Virus record (IMG/VR): IMGVR_UViG_3300025941_000016
Span: 1-64,000 of that record
DNA length: 64,000 nucleotides
Reading direction: 5' to 3' (one strand)
Source of the DNA: a virus
The notes under the pieces were generated by a model. It did no database searches and was not told where the DNA came from. It saw only the letters and a list, made by a program, of their open reading frames with translations. The translations under genes and the position numbers were made by a program. This document shows, piece by piece, positions 47,354 through 57,145 of the stretch. Within the stretch, counting starts at the first letter, position 1. Every line of letters begins with the position of its first letter.

Positions 47354-47620
47354 CAGCGCGACCTCGCGTCCATCTCGGCGCGGCGCACATCCCGGTCGTG
47401 TTTACGCTGCCGGCCCTCGTCGATCGCTCGCATCATCAGCGGCCAGTCGTCGACCAGCGGCAGCGGCAACGCGTCAACCTGGTCGGGTGTCCAATGCCAC
47501 CGTTCCGCGTACCAGGAGTAGAGCTGGGCGTCGTCGATCCAGTCGGGTAGCGGCGCTTGGTTGGGTCGGAGTTCTTCGCCCTCGGCGAGTTGGCTCAGTC
47601 GCGCGAGGGCACGGAAGGGG
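47353..47620 (-). CDS. Tail assembly chaperone C-terminal extension (probable -1 frameshift product)
   Basis: AERWHWTPDQVDALP motif; overlaps the chaperone 3' end in the -1 frame. Confidence 0.65.
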
Positions 47621-48032
47621 ACTGGGGGTCTGTGCTGGGCTTGGTGTCCCGCCGTCCGTTGATCTTGTCGAGGACGGGCTTCAGCTCGTCTTCCAGGACG
47701 TCGATGATGTCCAGGTCGATGGCAGCAAGCGCCTCGTCGTCGAGATCGAGGGGGATCGGAACCGGCTCGCCGCTCTCCGGGTCCTTCAGCGACCAGGCGA
47801 CGACCCAATGCCGGAGCAACGCATCGAACGACGCGACCGACGCCGCCCCGACATTGGTGACCTTGCCGTCATCGTCGAGTTCCACAACGCTGAACGAGGC
47901 GACCCGCAGATCATCCCGGTCGCCCTTCGTGACCCGCTTGGGGTTGCGGATCTCGGCCCACTGGCCGGTGCCGTAGTCCTCGGTGGCTGGCAGGTCGACG
48001 CGCACGGTCTGCGCGCGAGGGTTGTTGGACAA
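47595..48032 (-). CDS. Tail assembly chaperone
   Basis: Between tail tube and tape measure; VVAWSL...P motif; GGAG RBS. Confidence 0.8.
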   Translation of the reverse strand: MSNNPRAQTVRVDLPATEDYGTGQWAEIRNPKRVTKGDRDDLRVASFSVVELDDDGKVTNVGAASVASFDALLRHWVVAWSLKDPESGEPVPIPLDLDDEALAAIDLDIIDVLEDELKPVLDKINGRRDTKPSTDPQSPSVPSRD

Positions 48033-48061
48033 GGGAGTCTCCTGCGGTCTGCGCGGTCGAG

Positions 48062-48097
48062 CCCACCCCCGGTGCGACCGCCTGCACCGGGGGTGGG
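48062..48097. terminator. Stem-loop after the major tail gene
   Basis: 14-bp perfect stem CCCACCCCCGGTGC / GCACCGGGGGTGGG. Confidence 0.55.
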
Positions 48098-48109
48098 AGA
48101 ACGGGGGAT

Positions 48110-49333
48110 CTACTGGAAAGTCGAACTGGAGATCGCCGATTTGGTGACGATCGTGCAGGCCCCGAAGCCGCCGGAGGCGCCCACGTTGGTCGTGTTCCCG
48201 ATCGCCGAAAAGTCGGTTTCGACGGTCGTGTAGTCCTGGCCGCGGCCGACCTTCGCACCCCGATAGGACACCGACTGCATGGCAATGTCGATGCCTACCA
48301 GCGACGCCCCGCTACCGGCTTCGAAGTTGACCGTCAGGGCCGGGTTGGTGGCGTTCAGATAGCGAAGGAACTCGGTTTCGTCCGCGGCGATGAACGTCAA
48401 CTTGCCAGTGGCGGCGAGCGGCCCGAGCCACACGGCATAGGGGCCCTGAACGCCGTCAACGGTGTTCAGCACCTTCACGTCGCGTTTGAGCTGCAACTCG
48501 CCGGACTGGACGTAGAGAACCGGGCTGCCGCCGATCGACGTCACACCCCGCCACGCGGGAAGCGGCGGACTGATACCCGACCACGACGAGGTCGGCTTGG
48601 GGATGACACCGGACGGCCAGCCGGTGAGCTTCGCCGACCAAGTCAGCAGAGCTTCCGACGACCAGGTGATCGTCAGTTCGGATACGACGCTTCCCGGGTA
48701 GGCGCGGGCCTTGTTCGACGAGGCACCGGTCAGACCAGAGAAGTCCGCGATGGTCAGCGATTCGGGCTGGCCGCCGCCGTACACACCAATGTTGTTCTTG
48801 ATGTTGAAGGTGTGGCTGTACGGGGCCGACCCTCCGGTGACGGCATAGTCGCCGAGCAGGGCGCCGAGAAAATAGCCGATGCTCTCCGGGTACACGTCAC
48901 CGGAGGTGCTGTACTCCGAATGGATTACACCGGGAATCGCCCCGAACAGGCCCACCTCGGAGCCGCGGTAGCCCATGTCCTCAAGAATGGTCAAGTTGTC
49001 GACGGGTTCAAACGTCTTGACCGGGATGTACGCGGTCGGGGCGGCGTTCGCGGCGGTGACGACGACAAGGTTACCGGCGCTGTGCGCTGCGGCGGTCGCC
49101 GCGCAGGTCACCGTGGTCCCCGACACCGACGTGTAGGCGACCGTCTCAACGGTTGTGCCACCAGACGTCGGATCGTAGATGGTGAGGTTGCCGGAGTTCG
49201 GCCAGTTGGTGGTGTCCGAAACCGACAGGGACGTCGCCGACTGGTTCGCGCTCGCGGTCAGGAACGCCCGGTACTTGTCGAGGGACACGCCTAGGTAGGA
49301 GAGATTGGTTGCCTGTGCCGGAGCCGCGCTCAC
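48110..49333 (-). CDS. Major tail (tube) protein
   Basis: D.GYRGS, G..LGALLG, YSHTF, PESLTI, YPG.VVSELTI; position. Confidence 0.88.
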   Translation of the reverse strand: MSAAPAQATNLSYLGVSLDKYRAFLTASANQSATSLSVSDTTNWPNSGNLTIYDPTSGGTTVETVAYTSVSGTTVTCAATAAAHSAGNLVVVTAANAAPTAYIPVKTFEPVDNLTILEDMGYRGSEVGLFGAIPGVIHSEYSTSGDVYPESIGYFLGALLGDYAVTGGSAPYSHTFNIKNNIGVYGGGQPESLTIADFSGLTGASSNKARAYPGSVVSELTITWSSEALLTWSAKLTGWPSGVIPKPTSSWSGISPPLPAWRGVTSIGGSPVLYVQSGELQLKRDVKVLNTVDGVQGPYAVWLGPLAATGKLTFIAADETEFLRYLNATNPALTVNFEAGSGASLVGIDIAMQSVSYRGAKVGRGQDYTTVETDFSAIGNTTNVGASGGFGACTIVTKSAISSSTFQ

Positions 49334-49515
49334 TTCCCACCGCCTTTCTTGGGCGTCGAGGCCGGCTCGACGGCGATGGGAGAGGTATCGGGCGCCGACC
49401 AGTGGGGGTCGGGTGGTTCGGGCCAGTCGGCTATCTCGCCGGGCTGAAACCAGCTACCCCGGTCGGAGTAGTAGCGGGCCTGCCCATCGGCCGGGGCGAA
49501 CGTGAATGCGGGCAT
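49330..49515 (-). CDS. Small hypothetical virion-region protein
   Basis: GTGA coupling to the tail tube gene. Confidence 0.6.
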   Translation of the reverse strand: MPAFTFAPADGQARYYSDRGSWFQPGEIADWPEPPDPHWSAPDTSPIAVEPASTPKKGGGK

Positions 49516-49545
49516 GCGAAAACCCCCAGCCGAAAGGCGGGTAGA

Positions 49546-50088
49546 CTATGAAATGATGAATTCGGTGACGGTCGTGATGACGGCGACTTCAACGTGAAGC
49601 CGGTTGTCTTTCAGTTCCGGCTCGCCCGGGTTGATTTCAATGTCTTCGCCGGCCTGCCAGATGACGCCGAAGTCTCGACCACCGGTTCCCCAGGTGCGGT
49701 CTGCGCGCGCTCGTTCGGCGAGTGCGTCGAGGAATGCGTCGAAGTCATCGATCGCGTCCTCAACACGCGGCTGCCGGGACCGGAAGTAGGTTTCGAGGTA
49801 GACCGTGCGGTCGATCCGCTTTTCGCCGGCTGGCGTGATGCCGTTGGTGCCGCCTCCGCCGATCGACTCTCGCTTCTCCAGGTGGTTGACGAGGTGAACC
49901 GTGCAGACAGCGCCGGAAACCTGGCCGGGCAGGGGGCAATAGTCGTCGTCCTGTGCCTCGCGCGGGCCGCTGGTCCAAAGGGTGCCCAAGAACTTGACGG
50001 GGCCATCGCGGTACATCGACGGTCGGGAGGGTTGCGGTCTTCCCCCGAACCAGGCTGCGGTGGCGGCGCGGATTGTGGCCCGAGACAT
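49546..50088 (-). CDS. Putative tail terminator
   Basis: Position upstream of the tube gene; DFDAFLDAL...RADRTWG...IWQAGE. Confidence 0.65.
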   Translation of the reverse strand: MSRATIRAATAAWFGGRPQPSRPSMYRDGPVKFLGTLWTSGPREAQDDDYCPLPGQVSGAVCTVHLVNHLEKRESIGGGGTNGITPAGEKRIDRTVYLETYFRSRQPRVEDAIDDFDAFLDALAERARADRTWGTGGRDFGVIWQAGEDIEINPGEPELKDNRLHVEVAVITTVTEFIIS

Positions 50089-50106
50089 GACGCCTCCGGG
50101 CTGGGT

Positions 50107-51267
50107 TCAGACTGCGATCCGCTTGTACCGGTCGAGGATCATCCGTGCGGCTTTTTGGAAGACGTCCATGTCGGTGCCCACCGACTTGTCTACCGACGGC
50201 GCCCCGGTGTCCGACGACCGGCGGATGAGCACCACGGCCATCTGGCCGACCGCGGTCTTGATGTCTTCGGGCATCGCGCCGATGGAGGTACCTGCCGGGT
50301 GGGCGTAGGCCGCCGTGCCGACGAGGGGAAGGGTTGCCGGGCCGGTTGTCGGGGTCCACGAGGTGGCGACGCTGACAGCTTCTTCCGAGCCTGGGTGGTG
50401 GATGTTGAGCGTCTGGCCGGGTTGGATGCCGGTCGCGTCCTGGACTGTCAGCGTTGCGGCGGCAGCAGCGGTGGCCGTGGTCAGGATGCTGATCGGGAAG
50501 CCGGCGACGTAGTCGTAATCAACCCACATCCGCTGGCCCGGTGGAGGTCCGCCGAACTGCAACGGTACCGTTCCACCGCCGCCCGTGAACGGGACGACGA
50601 TCAGCCCATCCGCGGGCCAGTAGACGGCCGGGGTGGAGTCAGTCATCTGCCCAGGGCTGCCGTAGGCCAACCTGGACAGCGACACTGCGGGTACGGCGCC
50701 GGAGGTGTGCCGGGGCGACAGGGTGATGGTGCCGTCGCCCGCGACCCGCACCGACTGCCGCTCCGACAGCACTCGGTGCGCGCCGAGTTGCACAGCGCAG
50801 TAGTTGTCGCACCATCTGGACGCCCTCAACAAAATGTTGCCCAGCTCGGCATCGTTCGCCGCCAGCGACCCGTTGGCAATCAGGTCGTCGACGTTGGTGC
50901 CGGTCGGCATCGCGCGGAATTCGGCGATCGTCACATAGCTGCCGGGCCAGCCGAACACCTGCCCGGCATCGGCGAACGCCCCGGTGGTGGAGGCTGTGAA
51001 CTCGCCGTCCAGCCCGCCGTTGGGTGCGGTCGCCCGAAACCAGTAGGCATACCGCCCCGGCAGCGTCGGGGTGTAGACGTATTCGTAGGAGCCGACGCCG
51101 AGCCGGGTCAGATCGGCGATCGTGAACGAGGCCGTCGAACCATCGGGCAAACGGATCGTCAGGGTCAGCGTCTCCGGATCGACCGGCGTACCGCTGACCG
51201 GGTCGACGAGCTGCACAGGCAGCCGGATCGCCTGACCTGCCGGATAGGGAGTCGTCGACATCGACAC
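50107..51267 (-). CDS. Head-tail adaptor with an N-terminal Ig-like domain
   Basis: YVTIAEFR...LLRASRWCDNYC...YVAGF...PEDIKTAV...LDRYK; N-terminal VDP.T.TLTI..PDG...G.Y......PGRY.Y. Confidence 0.75.
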   Translation of the reverse strand: MSMSTTPYPAGQAIRLPVQLVDPVSGTPVDPETLTLTIRLPDGSTASFTIADLTRLGVGSYEYVYTPTLPGRYAYWFRATAPNGGLDGEFTASTTGAFADAGQVFGWPGSYVTIAEFRAMPTGTNVDDLIANGSLAANDAELGNILLRASRWCDNYCAVQLGAHRVLSERQSVRVAGDGTITLSPRHTSGAVPAVSLSRLAYGSPGQMTDSTPAVYWPADGLIVVPFTGGGGTVPLQFGGPPPGQRMWVDYDYVAGFPISILTTATAAAAATLTVQDATGIQPGQTLNIHHPGSEEAVSVATSWTPTTGPATLPLVGTAAYAHPAGTSIGAMPEDIKTAVGQMAVVLIRRSSDTGAPSVDKSVGTDMDVFQKAARMILDRYKRIAV

Positions 51268-51280
51268 CCCCCAAGGAAAG

Positions 51281-53896
51281 TCAGATCATTGGAGCCCCAG
51301 TGAGGACAACCGCGGGTTCGTCGTCGCCAGCCGGCGCCGTCGCCGGACTTGGGGTGCCGGTGAGGATCGCCCCGCCAGCCGTCCCGCCGTAGGAGCCGCC
51401 GCCGTAGCCGACATCCCCGTAGCCGACCGCATCACCCGGCCCGGCGCTGTCGTCGAGGCCGGTGAGGATCGCGGTCACGATCCGGGCGAGCGCGTCGGAG
51501 TCATCGAGCACGACCGTGTCGACGCCGCCGTTGACCGCCGCGTCGATGTGCGCCTGGTCGACTGCCCGTGAGGATTCGGAGGCGGTAGCCGTGGCCGACA
51601 TCGGGCCGACAGTGTCGGCGCCTGTAACCCCGTCGACGCCGAACGCGGTGACGGCGAGTCCGGTCTGGTCGGCCGCAGAACCAGCGTCCGTGCTGGCCAT
51701 GCCGATTGTCGGGGCCTGCTCGCCGACGGCGGCCTGGTCGAGTCCGGTGACGTTGGCGGACAGCGATCCGATCGCCTCAGCCAGCCCACCTTGGTCGGGT
51801 GTGGCCGCGGTGACCCCGATCGTGACTGCCACACCGCCGTAGGGGTCGACACCGTAGCCGGCCTCGCCGTAGCCGTCGCCGGCCATCAGCGCGGACACGG
51901 TGTCAACGTCGGCGACCTGTGCAGACAGGGCTGTGAGGGTGTCGATGGCGACATGGTTATCACGCGAGGTCAGCGTGACCTGCGGGGCACCCTCAGCGAC
52001 CGAAGCTGTATCTGTGTCGGACAGGCCGACGAGCGCCACCTCGGCTACCGCACCGCTGTCACTGGCGGTCAGGCTGGCTGCGACTACCGGGGTTTCGCCC
52101 GCAGTCGCCCCATCCCCCCCGGCCACCGTGGCATTCAGCGACACCACCGAGTCGGCCCCGGTGATGCTGTCCATGCCGAACACAGTTGGGGACAGAACAG
52201 TCGCATCGGCGGCGGTAGCACTGTCCGAGCTGACCAGCAGGTAGGTCAGCGCACTACTGTCCGCCGCCGTGGCCGCATCAACACCGGCAACGCCGATGGT
52301 CGGTGTCGCCTCGACGAACACCGCCGTGTCCGAGCTGGACACCGACGGGGCGAGTGCCGCGCCGTCGATGGCCGTGATGCCATCAACGGCGGCCAGTGAG
52401 ATGAGGGGAACATCGCCGCCGTAGGAGCCGCCGCCGTAGCCGACATCCCCGTAGCCATCGCCGGACCCGGTCGCGGCGACCACATCAACATCGGCAACCG
52501 AGGCGGTCAACGAAACCAGCACATCGGTTGCGGTGACCGTGTCGCTGTCCGATTTGACAACTACGGTGGCCGTCGTTTCGGAGGCGGTCGCACTATCCGA
52601 ACTCGTAGCCGTGGCGGTAACCGTTGCCAGGTCGACCGCGGTGCTGCTGTCCGTATCGCCCAGCGCGGCCGTGATGGCCGCAGCGTCGGTAGCTGTCACC
52701 GTGTCTGTCGACGTCGGGCCGACGACAGGGATGCTTCCCGTGTCGGCGGCGCTGCCGGCGTCCACCGAGGTCAGCGAGGCGGCGACCTGGCCAACATCAG
52801 CCAACGTCGCGGAATCGACAGGACCAGTCAGGGAGATCGCCGGGCCAGCCTCGCCGAACGTCGCCAAGTCGACGATCGAGGTCAGGCTGATCGCCAGTGC
52901 GGCCCCGTCGGCGAGGCTGGCCGTGTCCGAACCGGTGAACGTGGCGGTGAGCGCTGTCAGGTCCGCCGCGGAGGCCGCATCCGACCCGGCCACAGACGCC
53001 AACAGGGCGGTGACATCGGCAGCCGTAGCGGTGTCCGCCGAGGACAACACGGTGGTGATGCCCGCGGTTTCAGTACCAGTCGCAGTGTCCGCCGCCGCCG
53101 GAGTGACAGCGATCGAGACGGGGCTTCCTATCCCGCCGCCGTAGCCACCCTCGCCGTACAGGCCCGCCCCGTAGCCACCCGAGCTGGCGTCCATCTGCGC
53201 CGTATCCGACGCGGTCACCGTCGCCGTGATGCTGGCGGTCGCTGTGGCGGTCGCACTGTCCGAGGCGAGCAGCGTGACCGTCGCCGTCTCGGAGGCAGTA
53301 CCACTGTCCGTCGACGTTTTGGCAACAAGCGCCTGGACTGCGGACGCCACGGTAAACGGCGTAGCGAACACGACGTCGCCGGACGAGTTGTACGTGTCCA
53401 ACCCGGCCCGGTTGCCGCCGGTGATCGACGAGTCCGAACCCGACCAGATCGCCGACCCGTTCAGATCAACCTCAAGGGCGGTGCCATACACCGAAAGAGT
53501 GATCGTGCAGGGAAACGACGGTGCGGTGAACGCGACCGACGTCAACACGCTGACCGTGCCGGACACGCATTTCAACACATACATGGTGCCCGTGTCGAAA
53601 TGAAAATCAGCCGCGTAGAAGCTCTGCGACGACAGCAGGGTTCCACTGTTCGACATGCGGGCCGCGACCCCGGCGCTGCGGCCCGACGGGGCAGCGTTGA
53701 CCGTGGCCGTGACCGCCATGTCCGCTGACGGCACCGACGTGTTGTCACACCGGGCGTAGGCCACCGCGCTGCCCAGCGTCACCGTCGCAGTGTTACTGCC
53801 AGCATTAACCCAGTTGCCGGTGATCTCCGTCCACGACTGGTCGCCACCAAACGCCGGGCTCGCCGACGGAAACGTCTCGGTGTAGTAGGTGGTCAC
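51281..53896 (-). CDS. Repetitive Ala/Asp/Thr-rich virion fibre-like protein with an N-terminal lectin-like domain
   Basis: Recurrent DxAxAxD units; four GYGxxxYGxxxYGG motifs. Confidence 0.75.
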   Translation of the reverse strand: MTTYYTETFPSASPAFGGDQSWTEITGNWVNAGSNTATVTLGSAVAYARCDNTSVPSADMAVTATVNAAPSGRSAGVAARMSNSGTLLSSQSFYAADFHFDTGTMYVLKCVSGTVSVLTSVAFTAPSFPCTITLSVYGTALEVDLNGSAIWSGSDSSITGGNRAGLDTYNSSGDVVFATPFTVASAVQALVAKTSTDSGTASETATVTLLASDSATATATASITATVTASDTAQMDASSGGYGAGLYGEGGYGGGIGSPVSIAVTPAAADTATGTETAGITTVLSSADTATAADVTALLASVAGSDAASAADLTALTATFTGSDTASLADGAALAISLTSIVDLATFGEAGPAISLTGPVDSATLADVGQVAASLTSVDAGSAADTGSIPVVGPTSTDTVTATDAAAITAALGDTDSSTAVDLATVTATATSSDSATASETTATVVVKSDSDTVTATDVLVSLTASVADVDVVAATGSGDGYGDVGYGGGSYGGDVPLISLAAVDGITAIDGAALAPSVSSSDTAVFVEATPTIGVAGVDAATAADSSALTYLLVSSDSATAADATVLSPTVFGMDSITGADSVVSLNATVAGGDGATAGETPVVAASLTASDSGAVAEVALVGLSDTDTASVAEGAPQVTLTSRDNHVAIDTLTALSAQVADVDTVSALMAGDGYGEAGYGVDPYGGVAVTIGVTAATPDQGGLAEAIGSLSANVTGLDQAAVGEQAPTIGMASTDAGSAADQTGLAVTAFGVDGVTGADTVGPMSATATASESSRAVDQAHIDAAVNGGVDTVVLDDSDALARIVTAILTGLDDSAGPGDAVGYGDVGYGGGSYGGTAGGAILTGTPSPATAPAGDDEPAVVLTGAPMI

Positions 53897-53928
53897 CGAC
53901 GCCCCCGCTCACCATCACCGTCCGCCGT

Positions 53929-55476
53929 TTAGATCGCCTGCCAAGAGGTCCCATCCCAGACGAACGTGATACCGGTGGTCGCAGAGGCGGTAGTCGAAAA
54001 CGACTTGCCGTTCAGCTTGAACACGCCGTTCAGAGTGATCGTCCGGCCGCCGGTACCGTCCTGGGTGAAAATCAGCGTCAGTTTCATGCCGACCACCAGA
54101 AAAATGCCGGCGCCCGTGTTCGTGCCGCTCAGGGCGGGGGCGCCGACCGTCGTGTTCCCGGTCAACGTCATCGCGAACGTGTCACCCAAGAACGGGTCCG
54201 GTGTCCACGACGAGTTGTAGGAGAGGGCGTTGAATCCGCCGCCCATCGCCCCCAGTTGCACCCGATTTGACCCGATGACACTCGACGCCAACAATGGCGG
54301 CATGTTCGTGCCGTCGTTCAGCGAGCCGTGGAACTCCAGCTCAACCCGGTTCGAGGCCGCCGACGAGGTGATGTTCAACCCGGCGGCTTGATGGTTCAAG
54401 TTCGCCGACCGATCCCAGGTCAGACCGGTGACGATGCATTTACTCGCCGAGCCCAGATCAATGCCCGCGTAGGAGCCGACCGGCGTTCCGGAGGAAGTGC
54501 CGTCCGACGTCCCGTTGTGACTGTTGCTGTCCGCCTCGATACCAACAAGCGTCTGTCTGCCGCCGCGTATGTAGAAACCGGCCCTCGCACTGTCTTGGGC
54601 GCAGCAGCCCGTGGTTTCGCCGCCGTTGAAGTTTCCAGCCGCAGAGCTGCCACCGATGTTGTAGTACAAGAACCCGTTGCCGAACCCATTGGCCAGGCTG
54701 TAGGTCAGACCGCCGGTGATGTTGCCGCCGTCCCACGAGTTGGCAGGAGCGGAAACGCTCACCGCCGTACTCGACCCGAAACGGTTCGTCATCAGCGAGT
54801 AGCCCGAATACCACGCCTTGCAATTGGCCAACATGTTGTTGCCCTGGATCAGGAATCCGTCCAACCCGCAGGCGCCGGCATCGCAGTTGGTGTACATGGA
54901 GTCGATCGCCAGGTTGAATCCAAAGCCATTACAGGTCCATACCTGGATGTTCGCGCCCTGGACAACCCCGCGCCCCGTCTGCACAAAGCCGTCGCCCGAG
55001 AAGTTCTGTATCAGCACGTTGCTGACCTGATGCCGGGCGTCGGTGTACTCAAAGCTGCCCGACGGCGTTGAGTTCTGGAACACGATGCCGCAGTTCCAGT
55101 TGCTGCCGGAAACGGAGCCCTTGTTGCCCTCCAAGCGCATCTTGTGAACACCACAGGCCTGCGCATCGTTGACGCCCGAGTAGTTCTGGACGTTCATGAT
55201 CAGGTTTTCGAGGGTGGTCGCCGACGCCCGCAACGTCAACTGGGTGGCGAGCCCAACACCCTCCAGAGTGACCCGTTCCGGCAGGTTGATCTGGCCGGTG
55301 ATGTAGTTCCCCGCCGGGAAAAACACGGTCCCCGACTGGGCGTAGATCGACACCGGAGCGACCGACGCAACCGCAGCGGCAATCGCATTCGTATCGTCGG
55401 TGCTGCCGTCACCCTTGGCGCCGAAGTCCTTGACGTTGACGTAGATTCCACGCGGGGGGTAGAAGACGTCGCTCAC
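53929..55476 (-). CDS. Pectate-lyase-3 / tailspike-type beta-helix protein (putative depolymerase)
   Basis: VNVKDFGAKGDGSTDDTNAI...TVFFPAGNY; C-terminal QDGTGGRT...WDGTSW. Confidence 0.88.
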   Translation of the reverse strand: MSDVFYPPRGIYVNVKDFGAKGDGSTDDTNAIAAAVASVAPVSIYAQSGTVFFPAGNYITGQINLPERVTLEGVGLATQLTLRASATTLENLIMNVQNYSGVNDAQACGVHKMRLEGNKGSVSGSNWNCGIVFQNSTPSGSFEYTDARHQVSNVLIQNFSGDGFVQTGRGVVQGANIQVWTCNGFGFNLAIDSMYTNCDAGACGLDGFLIQGNNMLANCKAWYSGYSLMTNRFGSSTAVSVSAPANSWDGGNITGGLTYSLANGFGNGFLYYNIGGSSAAGNFNGGETTGCCAQDSARAGFYIRGGRQTLVGIEADSNSHNGTSDGTSSGTPVGSYAGIDLGSASKCIVTGLTWDRSANLNHQAAGLNITSSAASNRVELEFHGSLNDGTNMPPLLASSVIGSNRVQLGAMGGGFNALSYNSSWTPDPFLGDTFAMTLTGNTTVGAPALSGTNTGAGIFLVVGMKLTLIFTQDGTGGRTITLNGVFKLNGKSFSTTASATTGITFVWDGTSWQAI

Positions 55477-57092
55477 AGTGCGCTCCAGGTGAGGCGACCC
55501 AGCCGAAGCGCGCGGGCAGAAGAGGCAAGAGTTCGCAGCCGGGCCGTGTAGCCAAGCGCCGCCGACGAAGACGGAAGATTGGTCGTATGCGTCGCGGCCA
55601 ACGTCCCGTTGACCCAGAACCGGACCTGCGACACGGCGCTGTTGATCTCAATCAGCAGCTCGTACGCGGTATCCAGCACAATCGCCGACGTCGTGGTTGT
55701 GACTGTCGCCGTCGTCCCCGAGCTGGTGACCGTGCGCCAGACCGCCGTCCCGTCAACCCCGGTGTCGTATCTGAGCCATGCACCCTGCGCGGTGCTGTAC
55801 GAGCCGGTCGTCGCCGGACCGGCGTTGCCCGCAATGTCGGCGGAGACGAGGCCGACCGCGAGCCGCGTCGACGTGATCGCCGAAGCGTCGGTACGAATCC
55901 GGGCGTAGACGTAGGGCGCCCACCTGGGTTGGATCACCCCGAACGGGGAAATCAGCCCGGCGTCAACCGACGAAGCCGCTGTGGTCGTGTACCGGACCAG
56001 CGGCCCTTCCGCCTGGTCGTCGGAGGTCGGCGTGATGTTGACGGTCGCGACGGTTGGTGGCGAGACCCCGTCGAGGATCAGCGTTGTATCGGCGCCCGGT
56101 GCGGCAACAGACGCGACCCGCCGGTTCACAGGGGCCAGCAGCTCATCCTCATGCCCCGCCGACACGCGCGCCCGAGGGCGGCCGTTCCGAACCCAGATGA
56201 CCGAACCCTCGGCAGTGGTGAACGCCCCTTCGCCCTGATGCGACCCGTCCGGGTTGCCCGTCGGCGGGGTCGACGAGTTGCCGAGCGCGAGCACGTCCAC
56301 GCCGCCGGCGGGGTCACCGGCCGCACCCCGGATACCGCCGCCAGCGGTGATGACAGATGCCCGGGTGGTGACTGTCGGCGCGGTACCGATCGCATCGGAG
56401 GGCTGCCCCGAATACATGGTCGCTCCGCCGACCTGGCCGACGCCGAAGACCGGGGCGCCGGCATAGTCGCGGGCGAGGATCAGGTTTTTCGTCGACGATT
56501 CTCTGCCGCGTACGACCAGCCCGTCATGGGAGGCGTCGGGTAGGAGGAGATTCCAAACGCCTTCGTTGGTGGAGCCGGTGCCACCGAAGTTCCGCTGAAC
56601 GGTGCCACCGGACGTGTAGCTACCAGAGCCGGTCGTCGATTGGAGAGTGAACTGGGTGGGCGCAACCTTGGTGATCGTCTTGACGCCGTTGACGCCTGTG
56701 ATGCCGCCGACGTTCGCGATCGTCACCACGTCGCCCGTGCCGTAGCCATGGGATGCGCTGGTGGTGACCGTGACCGTTGTCGTACCGGTCACGTTGGAGA
56801 TCGTCAGCGGCGCGTCACCGGTTTGGATCGTCCCGTCGGCGAGCAGACCCACCCGGGCCAACAGGTCTGCGGCCTGCTTGACCGCGAGCACCACCGCGGA
56901 CGTGGAAGCGGCCGCGGTCTGGGTGGCTACAGCGCCGATGTCGGAGGGGGCGATCGCGTCGCCACCACCTGTGACGTGCTGATCGGCATGGGTGTTGACC
57001 CGGTTGACGATGGTCGTCAGGGCCGTGTTGAGGGTGGTGTCCCAGGCGGCCTGGTCGTGTGCTGGCAGTGTGGGGTTGATAGGTCCAGTCAC
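55473..57092 (-). CDS. Virion appendage protein (FCCH-like + C-terminal ConA-like domain)
   Basis: VTTSASHGYGTGDVVTIANVGG.TGVNG; FWVNGTLAATHTTNLP; shared N-terminal module. Confidence 0.75.
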   Translation of the reverse strand: MTGPINPTLPAHDQAAWDTTLNTALTTIVNRVNTHADQHVTGGGDAIAPSDIGAVATQTAAASTSAVVLAVKQAADLLARVGLLADGTIQTGDAPLTISNVTGTTTVTVTTSASHGYGTGDVVTIANVGGITGVNGVKTITKVAPTQFTLQSTTGSGSYTSGGTVQRNFGGTGSTNEGVWNLLLPDASHDGLVVRGRESSTKNLILARDYAGAPVFGVGQVGGATMYSGQPSDAIGTAPTVTTRASVITAGGGIRGAAGDPAGGVDVLALGNSSTPPTGNPDGSHQGEGAFTTAEGSVIWVRNGRPRARVSAGHEDELLAPVNRRVASVAAPGADTTLILDGVSPPTVATVNITPTSDDQAEGPLVRYTTTAASSVDAGLISPFGVIQPRWAPYVYARIRTDASAITSTRLAVGLVSADIAGNAGPATTGSYSTAQGAWLRYDTGVDGTAVWRTVTSSGTTATVTTTTSAIVLDTAYELLIEINSAVSQVRFWVNGTLAATHTTNLPSSSAALGYTARLRTLASSARALRLGRLTWSAL

Positions 57093-57145
57093 GGGGGCTC
57101 GTCACCCCCGTGACTCGACTAGATCAAGTTATGAAGCCTCAGGCC

